From NCBI GenBank assembly GCA_046485075.1, contig JAWOHR010000091.1:19668-83667 (forward strand): 64,000 nt of DNA. Reading direction: 5' to 3'. The position numbers and the translations under genes were made by a program. How positions within the stretch are numbered: the stretch's first letter is position 1; the number at the start of each line of letters is the position of its first letter. This document shows, one piece after another, positions 1 to 10,247 of the stretch. Origin of the DNA: Bacteroidales bacterium. Its GTDB lineage: Bacteria; Bacteroidota; Bacteroidia; Bacteroidales; GCA-2748055. The notes beneath the pieces were generated by a model. It was not told the origin of the DNA. It was given only the letters and a program-made list of their open reading frames with translations, and made no database searches.

Positions 1-572
1 AACAGGTTCTCCCGGTGCTTATCAACCGTTCGTTTGCTGATGTGGAGGGTGCCGGCTATTTCATGATTGGAATGCCCTTTACAGATCAGGAATAAAACTT
101 CAGCTTCACGGTCTGACAATTTAAATGGATATTCCGGTTCCTTTTTACGGCTGATACTCTTGATAAAGCCCGACAAGATTTCCTGGGAAAAATAATTTTT
201 TCCGGACAGGACATGCTCAATGGCTTCTTCAACCTCCTTGATACCCGAATTCTTCAGGATGAAACCTTTTGCACCGGCATCAATCATTTTGGTATAATAA
301 TCCTCATCGGAATACATGGACAGGGCAATGACATTCAGGTCGGGCTTTATCTTCAATACCTCGATGGTGGCTTCGATACCATTCATTCCGGGCATTTCAA
401 TATCCATAAAGACAATATCTGCCGTGCCACCTTCACGGAAAAATGCGACACAATCCTTGCCATTGCCAACCTCGTAAATTTCATCCACATAGGAAAGATT
501 ATTTAAAATGAGTTTCATCCCCTCCCTGAATAACTGATGGTCGTCCGATATGAGTATGGATATGTTTTCCAT
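1..572 (-). CDS. NarL/LuxR-family response regulator (3' end runs off the window)
   Basis: Translated by hand from ATG at 572: MENISILISDDHQLFREG (receiver domain) ... LSDREAEVLFLICKGHSNHEIAGTLHISKRTVDKHRENL (LuxR HTH). Starts 1 nt after the kinase stop codon. Missing from the ORF track because it is partial. Confidence 0.93.
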   Translation of the reverse strand, partial: MENISILISDDHQLFREGMKLILNNLSYVDEIYEVGNGKDCVAFFREGGTADIVFMDIEMPGMNGIEATIEVLKIKPDLNVIALSMYSDEDYYTKMIDAGAKGFILKNSGIKEVEEAIEHVLSGKNYFSQEILSGFIKSISRKKEPEYPFKLSDREAEVLFLICKGHSNHEIAGTLHISKRTVDKHRENL

Positions 573-573
573 G

Positions 574-1521
574 TCAGTTTATTCTGATTCTTGATACGAT
601 TTGAACCCCTTCACCCGGCCCGGAATGAAAATCAAAAGTGCCATCCAATGAATTGATGCGGGAACGAATATTTGAATATCCCAATCCACTGAGTCCCTCT
701 TTAACCTTTTGTTCATTAAATCCGATTCCGTCATCCATATACTTCAGGGAGATGAAATGCTCATCCTGAAGGATATCAATATAGATGTTTTTTGCACTGG
801 CATGGTTTAACGAATTTGAAATTAACTCACAGACCACCCGGTACAAAACAACTTCTATATTGAAGGAATAGCGCCTGCCTTCAAGATTACAGTTGAAATG
901 TACAGAAGGACCTTCAGAGACCTTGAGCTTCTGGATAAAGGATTTCAGAGCACGGTAAAGGCCAAAATTCGTAAGTACGTGGGGACTCAGTTTATTTGAG
1001 ATCTCTTTAATTGTGTCAATTGATTCGTCGATCAGTTTCTCTGCATTCAACAAAATTACATGATTGATTTCCCTTTCCTGACCCACGGCTGAAATGGCCA
1101 TTTTAACCGAAGATAACAGTGGCCCGAGACCATCATGAAGCTCTTTACTGAAGTGCTGTCTTTCTTTTTCCTCTGTTTTGAGAATCGCTGACAGAACCCT
1201 GCTTTCATTTTGCTTCCTCAGTTCTTCAATCCGCTTTTGAATATTGAAGATCCGTTTGATAAATACCAGGCTCAGAAGCATCATAACCGAAATTAAAACT
1301 CCGGTCCAGCTGCTTAGCAACCCGGATAACAATCTGCTGCCTGAATCGTATACCTGCAAAATTTCAAACACCCGCCTGAAAGCCATTAATAAAAATCCAC
1401 CCGATATTAACCACCAGGCTATATTGGTTCGGGTTCTTTTAACCAATGACAAGGCAATGATCGCAGCAGCAAACTGAAGTATTACTGACAGTATGAGGGC
1501 AATTTTTATAGGCATATGCAA
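574..1521 (-). CDS. Membrane-anchored sensor histidine kinase (HisKA_3 + HATPase)
   Basis: About three N-terminal TM segments, ERQHFSKELHDGLG H-box, ELISNSLNHA N-box, DDGIGF and GLG G-boxes. The start may be 1515. Confidence 0.92.
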   Translation of the reverse strand: MHMPIKIALILSVILQFAAAIIALSLVKRTRTNIAWWLISGGFLLMAFRRVFEILQVYDSGSRLLSGLLSSWTGVLISVMMLLSLVFIKRIFNIQKRIEELRKQNESRVLSAILKTEEKERQHFSKELHDGLGPLLSSVKMAISAVGQEREINHVILLNAEKLIDESIDTIKEISNKLSPHVLTNFGLYRALKSFIQKLKVSEGPSVHFNCNLEGRRYSFNIEVVLYRVVCELISNSLNHASAKNIYIDILQDEHFISLKYMDDGIGFNEQKVKEGLSGLGYSNIRSRINSLDGTFDFHSGPGEGVQIVSRIRIN

Positions 1522-1560
1522 AGGATGAATGATCTGTCTAAATTACCTATTTTTGGAAAT

Positions 1561-3042
1561 ATGAAAAAATGGATAACAATCCTTCTATTCCTGACGGCAG
1601 TACTTATGCACGCACAGGATTACGGAGTCAGGATTGCCTTTATCGGCAATAGTATCACCTACGGGGCCGGGCTCCAGAATCCCACGACACAGAGTTACCC
1701 CGCCCAGGTTGGGGCTCTTTTGAAGGAGGTATTCGGCGATACCTGTGTGATCGGTAATTTTGGTATTTCTTCAAGGACGATGCTTAAAAATGGCGATTTC
1801 CCCTTCTGGATTGAACCGGAATTTGATCAGGCCCTGGCCTTCAGGCCAAATATCGTAGTTATTGCCCTGGGAACGAACGATTCGAAAGATCAGAACTGGG
1901 ACATATTCGGAGGTGAATTCTATGATGATTACCTGTCGATGGTCGACACATTTAAACAAGTAAACCCTTTTGCGGAGATTTTTGTCTGTTACCCGCCTCC
2001 TGCATTCGAGATTGTTTGGAATATCAGGGATTCGGTGATCTTCAACGGGGTGATCCCGGTTGTGGACCAGATAGTGGCTGAAACCGGCGCCGGATTGATT
2101 GATTTTTATAACCCGCTGAAAGACAGCACCCACCTTTTCCCCGACCATATTCACCCGAATTTACAAGGGTCTGCTGCCATGGCCGGGATCGTGTATGATA
2201 AGTTCATGGAGACCGATATCATCCGGCAGGCTGAAAAAGGAGTGACCTTTATCATGAAAATTGAAGGAGACAGGCAGTATATCACTAGCAAAGAGAGTGT
2301 GGGATTGCTGAGCTGGAATACCATCAATGCCAGTTCCGTTTACCTGGACGGAGCGGAAGTTGAATTCAACGGCAGCCGGGAGGTGGATCATCAACAGGGT
2401 ACCACACACATCCTGATTGCCGGGGGTGAAAAATATTCCGATACCGCGATCTATACATTCATGCGGTATACTCCGGTGATCGACAAGATGACACTATTGG
2501 CGACTGCAAAAACGTTTTATACCGAAGACACTGTTTCCATTACAGCCGGATACAAGGATCAATACGGATACCCTATGAATGATACTGTACCGGAACTTCA
2601 GTGGAGCATCAGCCTGGGGAAAGGAAACCTTTTCGGACCGGTGGACAACTCGGTTTTCTTCACAAGTACTGAAGCCGGTTCGACCGTTATTTCAGCAAGC
2701 CATATGGGACTGAAAGGAGGAATCACTTTGAAGATCATGGAAAGGGACCACACTTTTGCAGGGAATATTTCCGTAAATCCAATGGTGGAGGTATTTCCAA
2801 ATCCGTTCGACAATCACATCTCGATCAGGAACAACCCGGTCGGGAAAGTGGACTTGAAAATTATTGATTTACAGGGCCGGACCTGCATTCATCGAAGAAT
2901 TGGAATGGATGAAACCGGGATCTATACCCTGGATACAAACCATCTTCCGGAAGGAATTTACCTCTATGAAATGGTTTCAGGCCAAAGTGTGGTAACCGGG
3001 AAGCTGGTCAAGAGTGTTGTCGCTGCCGGCGTCCTGAAATAA
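1561..3042 (+). CDS. SGNH/GDSL hydrolase (acetylesterase-like) with T9SS C-terminal domain
   Basis: Signal peptide MKKWITILLFLTAVLMHAQ, FIGNSIT, LGTND, DHIHP; C-terminal VFPNPF...DLQGR...GIYLY...KLVK. ATG 1561 preferred over 1516. Confidence 0.88.
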   Translation: MKKWITILLFLTAVLMHAQDYGVRIAFIGNSITYGAGLQNPTTQSYPAQVGALLKEVFGDTCVIGNFGISSRTMLKNGDFPFWIEPEFDQALAFRPNIVVIALGTNDSKDQNWDIFGGEFYDDYLSMVDTFKQVNPFAEIFVCYPPPAFEIVWNIRDSVIFNGVIPVVDQIVAETGAGLIDFYNPLKDSTHLFPDHIHPNLQGSAAMAGIVYDKFMETDIIRQAEKGVTFIMKIEGDRQYITSKESVGLLSWNTINASSVYLDGAEVEFNGSREVDHQQGTTHILIAGGEKYSDTAIYTFMRYTPVIDKMTLLATAKTFYTEDTVSITAGYKDQYGYPMNDTVPELQWSISLGKGNLFGPVDNSVFFTSTEAGSTVISASHMGLKGGITLKIMERDHTFAGNISVNPMVEVFPNPFDNHISIRNNPVGKVDLKIIDLQGRTCIHRRIGMDETGIYTLDTNHLPEGIYLYEMVSGQSVVTGKLVKSVVAAGVLK

Positions 3043-3045
3043 GAA

Positions 3046-4749
3046 CTACCTCTTTTCAGTCCGGGAGATAATCAGTACCATCTCATCTTTCGATCTCAGG
3101 TAAATTTCTTTTATCTTCAGCTGACCCTCTTCCATTGCAATGGTCCCAATATCGTTATAGATAAAAATTTCCGGTATGTAGGTTTTAACTGCATAATCAA
3201 GATTTTGATCTGTTAAATCAACCAGCTCAATATCCGTTTTAACAGCGCAGTTACTGTCATTAAGGAGGTACACGTAATAATTTTCACCGCATTTTACAGC
3301 ATAGGCTTCAACCACATTCGTTCTGACTGACACCGTATCAAAAGTGCCATTCCCGGCAGCAAGCATTTGATCGTTGATATCCCGTACGCCGTTAAAGTAG
3401 GGGGTGATCCCCCTGTCATCAAAAAATTCCCACCACCATGACATCGGCAGGATGGGTGTGGGGGTAAACATTCCATACCACAGTCCGCGTTTGTAATCAT
3501 ATACTTTTTCAATGGCCATGGTTTCAAAATTCAGGTTCCAGTCCCACTCATAACCGAATTCGCCAATTACAAAAGGCCTTTTGTGCTTGTACGCAGCTTC
3601 AATGGTCTCAGGCCGCATGCTTGTGGTACGCTTATAGATGTGTTTCTGGTTCAGATCCATATGTTCCAGATCCCACATCCCCGGAATTTCCCTGTGGGAA
3701 ACGCTTGTGGTCACAAGATGTTTATAAGGATCTATACTTTTCAGGTACGCACTCATCACATCATGCCATTCGGCAACCTTATCGAGAGGAATAAGAACAC
3801 TATCCCGGGGAGAACGCGTAAAAGCTGCATTATCCACCTCGTTGAAAAATTCCCAGAATGCGATGTTTGTTGAATAACCCCATCTGGCAACAAAATACCG
3901 CAATTTGTTTTTATACTTTATCCTGGATTCTTCCAGGGTAAAAAATTCGGTTGGAGTTTTTGCCGGGCCACCATTCCTGGAATTGAATGCCTGCCTGTCC
4001 CAGCTGCTTTCTTCCATATACATGCCATGAACATCCATGGCAAGCATGATGTATATCCCGTTCTCTTTAGCCAGCTCAACAATTTCATCAAATCTGTTTA
4101 CGGATCCCGGTTCGGCCGGAACTGTTTCATTTCTTCTTTCCCTGGGCAGCGTCCATTCCCCCGGAAGACTCCCCTGGTGCATCCAAACCCGCATGAAGTT
4201 TGCCCCGTTCGAGGATATTTTGGGTAGAAGGTAGTCATAGGTGTACTTCGTTTGATCACCTCTCGGATCCCAGCAAATGTTCTCCCCAATTCCACGGAAT
4301 AGTTTTCCGGAATCGAACTTGAAAGTCCAGTAGTTATTCGTCCTCAGAAATCCATCACTGGAAGAATCTTCGCTTATGAAACTTTTCTCCGGCGAATTTT
4401 CCACGACCTTCCCTTGTTTGATGACCCTGAAATGATATGCATATTTTCCAGTCTCAGCCGGGGCAAACCTTGCTTTCCACAAGGAGCCTGAATGTAAATG
4501 GCTTTCAAAATAGCATGGCAAAACAAGTTCCGGCCCGGACGGAGTGATGATGATCATATCGAGTTGAATATCCCTGGAATCAAAAGGGTTTTCAAATTCA
4601 GTATGGATGACCACATCAAATTCAACTTTCTCAAACTTGAGGATGTTCTGCGTTACAATCTGATCTTCCATCCCAGGTTGGGAAAAGATGGTTGCGCACC
4701 AAAACATCACCGTAATGATAACTGCCATCGACTTATACATTTGTTTCAT
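3046..4749 (-). CDS. DUF5060-domain, clan GH-A (GH5-like) glycoside hydrolase
   Basis: Signal peptide, NPFD...WKARFAP N-terminal Ig-like domain, WEFFNE acid/base motif and IGEFG nucleophile-like motif. Confidence 0.75.
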   Translation of the reverse strand: MKQMYKSMAVIITVMFWCATIFSQPGMEDQIVTQNILKFEKVEFDVVIHTEFENPFDSRDIQLDMIIITPSGPELVLPCYFESHLHSGSLWKARFAPAETGKYAYHFRVIKQGKVVENSPEKSFISEDSSSDGFLRTNNYWTFKFDSGKLFRGIGENICWDPRGDQTKYTYDYLLPKISSNGANFMRVWMHQGSLPGEWTLPRERRNETVPAEPGSVNRFDEIVELAKENGIYIMLAMDVHGMYMEESSWDRQAFNSRNGGPAKTPTEFFTLEESRIKYKNKLRYFVARWGYSTNIAFWEFFNEVDNAAFTRSPRDSVLIPLDKVAEWHDVMSAYLKSIDPYKHLVTTSVSHREIPGMWDLEHMDLNQKHIYKRTTSMRPETIEAAYKHKRPFVIGEFGYEWDWNLNFETMAIEKVYDYKRGLWYGMFTPTPILPMSWWWEFFDDRGITPYFNGVRDINDQMLAAGNGTFDTVSVRTNVVEAYAVKCGENYYVYLLNDSNCAVKTDIELVDLTDQNLDYAVKTYIPEIFIYNDIGTIAMEEGQLKIKEIYLRSKDEMVLIISRTEKR

Positions 4750-4826
4750 AAAGCACTCTATTTAAATGAAAGATTCACCCGTAATAATTTTTACTGAACA
4801 ATATCACTGAATCGGAAAGTCCGAAA

Positions 4827-7800
4827 TTACCATAAAAATTTCACCGGTCCTGCGATCCCTGCATCTTTCAGGGGCTTTCCGGGATCCAGGTACTGCCGGA
4901 TGGGTGATGTGGTCCAGAGGGTTTTCAATTCACCTTCCTGGATCATCTCACCTATGATCCTGTTCCTGTAGGAATTTCCAACCTTCACTTCCAGGGTGTT
5001 CGTTCCCGGAACCGCAAGCGCAGTGGCGGTAAACCTGTAACCCGGGAAAACGGCGGATCCCAGGGAATGGCCGTTCAACGTAACTCCGTAGCCATCCGCA
5101 ACACCACCCAGTGAAAGATAGAGCGGATTCATTCCTGCAACGGAATCAGGAAGATCAAATTGCACGCTGAAGGAGGCCTCTCCGGAATAATAGATAATCT
5201 CAGGATCCCCAAACTCCGGGTAGAATTTAAAGGTTGAAATGGTCACCGGGGCCCTCTCCCGGAGATCCTCAAAGGTAATGGTCCCTGAAAATTCCTCTAC
5301 GGTAAAAGCGTTAACAAGTTCCGATCGGACGGGTAGTGACCTGTTTTCCGGAATGCCGAAAAGGACAAACAGTGAACCCTTCGGGGGAAAGGTGAGGCTG
5401 AACCCGGTGATCCCATCCGAGGTACTGAATTCATTCACATTATATCTGTCGCCATATTGCGGGTCCCACACCTGCGGAACGGATCCGTCGGCCAGGAAAC
5501 GGCAGGTTCGGGTAACCTCCTTCTCCTCCTGGTTCACGAGGAACCAGAAGTCGGCACCACCCGATTTCTTATGAATGTAGATCAGTGGCGGATCTGCCTG
5601 TTCGGCAGTGGCAAAATCAGGTTCAAATTTTTCCGATACAATTACCTCTTCCACGGAGTACCCGCCATATACTTTGCCCTCTGCGTATTTGTTCAGGTAT
5701 TTGCCTGAATCGTTGTCCGGACCCCACAGCTGATCCGCCAGTGCCCTGAGCTCCCTGTCGTTCTCACCGGCATTCTTCAGTGAAAGCGTATGAACCGGTT
5801 TTGGTCCGGAAATAATGGCCCCCTGTTTCACAAGCGCTTCAATGATTTGCAGGGTTGAAAGCTCCATTCCCGGATCATCGGGCAGAAGGATCATCCGGTA
5901 ACTCATCCCATTCTCCAATACAACCGAGCCATCCTTCAGACTTGCTCGCCCGAGGACATCTGAATTGCATTTCTGAACCCTGTAACCGGGCGGGAGGTTT
6001 TGTACCCACTGCGAACTCCAGGGATCGTATAACCGGTCGCCCACAAAACAAAGCAGTTCGGCGTTGACGGTGCCCTCCTGCAGCAGGTACTGGATTCTTC
6101 GGTGATAATCAAACCATTGGGAGGCGTAAGGCCACCATGGATTATGACGGTTAAAGGACTGGCCGAAAACACCCAGAGTGATCCCCGGTTTACGTTCACC
6201 AGGCTGATGCACATAACTGTGGAGCACCATCTGGTTCACCCCGCCGCAGAAAGCCCTGTCTCCGAATAGCTTCAGATCCCAGGGTGTTTCCGAGTAATTG
6301 GCAAAACCGGTATAGGCCTCTGCAGGGACGACCTGCTTGCCATAGAGAGCTGCAGCCTGCATGGGCAGGTCAGAGTCTGCCCTTTGGACCGGACCATATT
6401 TGATCAGTCCGCTTTCGCTCTCCAGTCCTGCCCAGAATTCGAACATGGGTACATCGATATACCTGTTGGATCTGAGTACATCCAGGGGGGGATAACCGGC
6501 ACCCCCGTATATCACCTCTGCATGTGACTCCACTCCCATACGGTGACAGAGGGTGTTGTAATGTTCATAGTAGTTATGCTCGATCAGTTCGGCGATGGTC
6601 ATGCGGTAATCGTGCAGGAATCTTTCGGTCTCTCCGGTGTTCCCGACCACCTCCCCTGAAATCACGGGGAGCCATGGGATGATGCTGTAACCCCTCAACC
6701 GGGCAAATTCTTCTGGAAAATTCTGCGTCCAGTTCTGGTATTTGCATTCCCAGCTGTCGATAAACAGGTATTCAAAAGTGTTACCGGTAAATTCCCCAGC
6801 GGTTTCAATTAGTTTTGCAGAAAACCCGGAAAAATGGGCATTCAGTGCTGAAGTATCCATCTTATCACACTCCAGTCCCCGTCCTGCTGCGGTAGCCGGA
6901 CCATTCACCACACCGGTGGTGGTATAACCGATCCTGAGGATGGTCCAGTCACCGGCCGGTGCATCCCATCGAAGGATTCCATCCTCCCCGAACAGAGAGG
7001 TGAGGTCGGTCACCTGTGCCGGATCCACTGACCATTCCCCTGAGTCACCCGTGGCAAACAGGTCACTGACCGGATCAGCCTGGGTGGTGACGGTTTTTTC
7101 AAGATGATTCGGAATTTCTGTAAAATAAGCTGGCAATTCATTCTCCGCCAGAAGTTCCAGCTCCGAAATCCCGAAATCGTAAAAGCGTTCGCTATCCCTG
7201 GTTTTGCCAATCAAAACCCTGAATTTGCCCGCAGTTGTTTCAGGGAAAGGAATCATTACGGTCTGATTGATCCCCTGGCTTTCAAATTCTGTAATGGTCC
7301 TGAACCCGGAGTTGGCATCAGCTTTCTGCAAGGTGATCATGAAGCGAATATCCCGCATGGAGCCCCACTCAAAATCCTTGCGCGGATGGATGGCAAGTGT
7401 TGATACCGTTACCGGTGAAGGGAATGTAATATCGACAGAGGCTGGTCCTGTAAGGGATATCATACTGAAAGGATTCCCGTCAAAAAGAATATCCCCCGAC
7501 GGGACACCATTCACACTGATCCCTGCAGAGGAAGTGGGAACAGGATGATCGCTTTGCCGGGAGGGAAATGCAAGTACAGCAATATCCCTGTAGAAATCAT
7601 GGTTTGACGCAGGTTCAGGCAGCTTTACCGAAACTTTTTCTGGCCCGCTGACCATATGCTTGCTCCACACGCAAATTTTCATTGATTGTTCGGGAGTAAT
7701 CCAGGGACCGCCGCTGGTGCTCCACCCGTCGCAGTTGTGTGCGCCGATGGTTATCCCGAGCCTGTCGGCCTCCTCCAGTGCCCACCTGAACATCCCGTAC

Positions 7801-8102
7801 CATTCGGGTGTGTCAAACAGTACCGGTTCAACACCAAGGTCCCTTTCTTCGTGGAGGCTTACATTCAGTATGGTGGCAGTCGATATCCCCGCAAGTTTCA
7901 TCGCCTCGAGATCGGCCGTGATCCCTTCCCTGGTAATTGCATTATCGAGCCAGTGCCACCAGGTGTGGACACCATGAACGGCAGGAGGATCAAGGAATCC
8001 GTCCGGATCGGGCGATTGCATATTTCCGGGACTGCACCCCGGGATGACCCCAAAAAAGATCATGGTCGTGAAAGCAAAGGGAAGGAGTGAACATTTTCTC
8101 AT
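4827..8102 (-). CDS. GH106-family alpha-L-rhamnosidase-like lipoprotein
   Basis: Lipobox-like IPGC, TWWHW...ITREGITADLEAMK, GWSTSGGPWITPE, GLECDKM, FIDSWE, AEAYT, LHSYVHQP. Confidence 0.88.
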   Translation of the reverse strand: MRKCSLLPFAFTTMIFFGVIPGCSPGNMQSPDPDGFLDPPAVHGVHTWWHWLDNAITREGITADLEAMKLAGISTATILNVSLHEERDLGVEPVLFDTPEWYGMFRWALEEADRLGITIGAHNCDGWSTSGGPWITPEQSMKICVWSKHMVSGPEKVSVKLPEPASNHDFYRDIAVLAFPSRQSDHPVPTSSAGISVNGVPSGDILFDGNPFSMISLTGPASVDITFPSPVTVSTLAIHPRKDFEWGSMRDIRFMITLQKADANSGFRTITEFESQGINQTVMIPFPETTAGKFRVLIGKTRDSERFYDFGISELELLAENELPAYFTEIPNHLEKTVTTQADPVSDLFATGDSGEWSVDPAQVTDLTSLFGEDGILRWDAPAGDWTILRIGYTTTGVVNGPATAAGRGLECDKMDTSALNAHFSGFSAKLIETAGEFTGNTFEYLFIDSWECKYQNWTQNFPEEFARLRGYSIIPWLPVISGEVVGNTGETERFLHDYRMTIAELIEHNYYEHYNTLCHRMGVESHAEVIYGGAGYPPLDVLRSNRYIDVPMFEFWAGLESESGLIKYGPVQRADSDLPMQAAALYGKQVVPAEAYTGFANYSETPWDLKLFGDRAFCGGVNQMVLHSYVHQPGERKPGITLGVFGQSFNRHNPWWPYASQWFDYHRRIQYLLQEGTVNAELLCFVGDRLYDPWSSQWVQNLPPGYRVQKCNSDVLGRASLKDGSVVLENGMSYRMILLPDDPGMELSTLQIIEALVKQGAIISGPKPVHTLSLKNAGENDRELRALADQLWGPDNDSGKYLNKYAEGKVYGGYSVEEVIVSEKFEPDFATAEQADPPLIYIHKKSGGADFWFLVNQEEKEVTRTCRFLADGSVPQVWDPQYGDRYNVNEFSTSDGITGFSLTFPPKGSLFVLFGIPENRSLPVRSELVNAFTVEEFSGTITFEDLRERAPVTISTFKFYPEFGDPEIIYYSGEASFSVQFDLPDSVAGMNPLYLSLGGVADGYGVTLNGHSLGSAVFPGYRFTATALAVPGTNTLEVKVGNSYRNRIIGEMIQEGELKTLWTTSPIRQYLDPGKPLKDAGIAGPVKFLW

Positions 8103-8182
8103 ATTAATCGGTGTATGGATTGGTTTATGAAAGTTCCGAAAATTTTATAACATTTACCCTAACATTGAACTGACCTATAAAA

Positions 8183-8998
8183 ATGAATCCATCTAATTAT
8201 TGCTACTTCAACGGTGACCTGGTCACGTATCAAAATGTGAATCTTCATATTTCAGACCTTTTGTTCCAGAGGGGATTCGGGGTATTTGACTTTTTTCGCT
8301 GCAGGAACGGAAACATTCCCTGGCTGAAGGATTACCAGGAAAGACTCTTTAACTCTCTGGATCTGTCGGGTATAAAGGTCGATCTGGACAGGGGACAATT
8401 CGAATCCATCATCCATGGTTTACTTCAAAAGAACGGTCTGGTCAACGGCGCCTTTAAGGTCATCGTAACCGGGGGGTATTCAGAAAACCTGGAATCGGTA
8501 ACCGGAACTGCAAACGTGGTCATCCTTAACCTCAACTGGAATAAACCTCCGGAAGAGAGTTTTGAAAAGGGCGTACACCTGGTCAGCGACAGATTTGTAA
8601 GGCCCAACCCGGAGGTCAAAACGCTCTATTACTTCAATACACTGAGGTTACAGAAGAAACTCAGGGAGTACGGTGCTGTGGATGTCATGTTTCACACCAA
8701 CATGATCTCCGAAACCTCCCGTGCCAACCTCTTTTTCGTCAAAGGAGGGCATGTTTATACCCCCGCCAGCGATATCCTGAAAGGAATCACCCGCAAGCAG
8801 GTACTCTCCATGTTCGGTGAAATCAGCGTGGAGGATATCGAGGCCGGCCGCCTCTATGATTTCGATGAAATATTCCTTACCTCCACCTCCAGGGATGTGA
8901 CCCCGGTGGTATCCGTGGAAGGCAAAAGGATCGGTAACGGCACCCCCGGGCCTGTGACCCGGGAGATCCTGGCGGCTTTCAGGGCAAATGGGTGGTAG
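8183..8998 (+). CDS. PLP-dependent aminotransferase class IV (branched-chain/D-amino acid aminotransferase-like)
   Basis: RGFGVFDF, EVKT (PLP lysine), SETSRANLF, ILKGITR, DEIFLTST, GPVT. Confidence 0.9.
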   Translation: MNPSNYCYFNGDLVTYQNVNLHISDLLFQRGFGVFDFFRCRNGNIPWLKDYQERLFNSLDLSGIKVDLDRGQFESIIHGLLQKNGLVNGAFKVIVTGGYSENLESVTGTANVVILNLNWNKPPEESFEKGVHLVSDRFVRPNPEVKTLYYFNTLRLQKKLREYGAVDVMFHTNMISETSRANLFFVKGGHVYTPASDILKGITRKQVLSMFGEISVEDIEAGRLYDFDEIFLTSTSRDVTPVVSVEGKRIGNGTPGPVTREILAAFRANGW

Positions 8999-9128
8999 CC
9001 GGGTCGTTACTAAATACGTATATACCGTCTTTATCATATAATGTACCATACCGTGTGACCGGAACCTGTAGTTCCAAACCAACTTTTATAATGCAACGCT
9101 ATTGAAAGGAAACTAAAACTCTGCGAAT

Positions 9129-9452
9129 ATGCTGGCAATAAAAAAGACAGGCGAAGGCTATTACCTGGCCACCCTGACAGGAGAAAAAGAGGAACTGGGA
9201 AGAAATGAGTGTCATTTGATGAAGAAGGAACTCATGACCATTCTGAAAGCCCATCACGAAATCACCGTCAATGTGAAGGGAATTAAATCAATCGCCAGTG
9301 GGGGAATTCATATTTTACATGAATTGAAAAACATAGCCGATGCCCGCCGGTGTAAAATTCGTTTTATCAATGCCGAACCTTCGGTTGCAACTATACTGGC
9401 AGAACTCACTCAAAAAAAGACCCGGCAACATAATATACTCGAGTTTGACTGA
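9129..9452 (+). CDS. STAS-domain protein (anti-sigma antagonist-like)
   Basis: 107 aa; ITVNVKGIKSIASGGIHIL...IRFIN resembles the STAS 'LSGVxxIDSSG' pattern. Confidence 0.65.
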   Translation: MLAIKKTGEGYYLATLTGEKEELGRNECHLMKKELMTILKAHHEITVNVKGIKSIASGGIHILHELKNIADARRCKIRFINAEPSVATILAELTQKKTRQHNILEFD

Positions 9453-9475
9453 TCCATAAATCAGGAAGATCTCTT

Positions 9476-9489
9476 CTTGTACGTACAAG
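9476..9489. promoter_or_regulatory. HutC/GntR-type operator palindrome
   Basis: Perfect 14-bp palindrome CTTGTACGTACAAG (TGTA-N2-TACA) about 30 bp upstream of a GntR-UTRA gene. Confidence 0.75.
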
Positions 9490-9498
9490 TAAAAAAAC

Positions 9499-9506
9499 TA
9501 TATTTG
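9499..9506 (+). promoter_or_regulatory. Bacteroidota sigma70 -7 element for gntR-deoC
   Basis: TATATTTG matches TAnnTTTG; overlapped by the second palindrome TTGTACAA (9504-9511). Confidence 0.7.
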
Positions 9507-9520
9507 TACAACCAGGGAGG

Positions 9521-10228
9521 ATGAAAAAAACACGTTATCAGGAGCTTGAATGGATGCTGAAGGAGAATATTCAGTATGGAGTTTTCCAGGTGGGTGATTA
9601 TCTGCCTTCTGAAAATGAGTTGTGTACCCGCCATTCAATTACCCGAACCACGGTACGTAAAGCCCTGGATAACCTTTTAAAAGAGGGATTTATCGAGAAA
9701 CAACACGGAAAAGGCAGCCGGGTGAGAGAACGCCGCCAATCACTTGGTCTGCTGAATGTGAAAGGATTTTCCGAGGCTGTGGGCCAGAATGTAAATACAA
9801 TCTTCTTACAGGAACCGGCCATCCGCACCTGGAATACAGCGATTGTATTTCAACCGGGGGAAGATGAACTTCAGACCGGTTGCCTGCATTTTGAACGACT
9901 TCGTTGTGTGGGCGATCATCCTGTAATGCTTGAAAACAACTGGTTTGCCGACCGGGCGTTGAAAAATTTCACCGATCAGGAATTTGTTGCCGGTTCGTTC
10001 TTTAAAACATTGAGCCAGGTATACCGGATCGAGATTACAGGATCTGAACAGGAACTCCGGTCCGAACATGCCGGTGAACGAACGGCCGGTCTCCTGAAAA
10101 TTGAAACAGGTTCGCCCATTCTTCACATTTCAATTAAATTTCATACCAGCCATCCCGGTCTGCATATTTACAGCGAACTCTATTGTAATACGATGAAATA
10201 CCCTATCGGAAACAGCTATCATATTTAA
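9521..10228 (+). CDS. GntR-family (HutC/UTRA) transcriptional regulator
   Basis: LPSENEL...SITRTTVRKAL...GKGS winged HTH; C-terminal UTRA-like domain. Confidence 0.92.
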   Translation: MKKTRYQELEWMLKENIQYGVFQVGDYLPSENELCTRHSITRTTVRKALDNLLKEGFIEKQHGKGSRVRERRQSLGLLNVKGFSEAVGQNVNTIFLQEPAIRTWNTAIVFQPGEDELQTGCLHFERLRCVGDHPVMLENNWFADRALKNFTDQEFVAGSFFKTLSQVYRIEITGSEQELRSEHAGERTAGLLKIETGSPILHISIKFHTSHPGLHIYSELYCNTMKYPIGNSYHI

Positions 10229-10247
10229 AAACCAAAAACATAATTCC

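Noticed and set aside
213-506. 97-aa plus-strand ORF
   Set aside because: Antisense shadow of the response regulator at 1-572.
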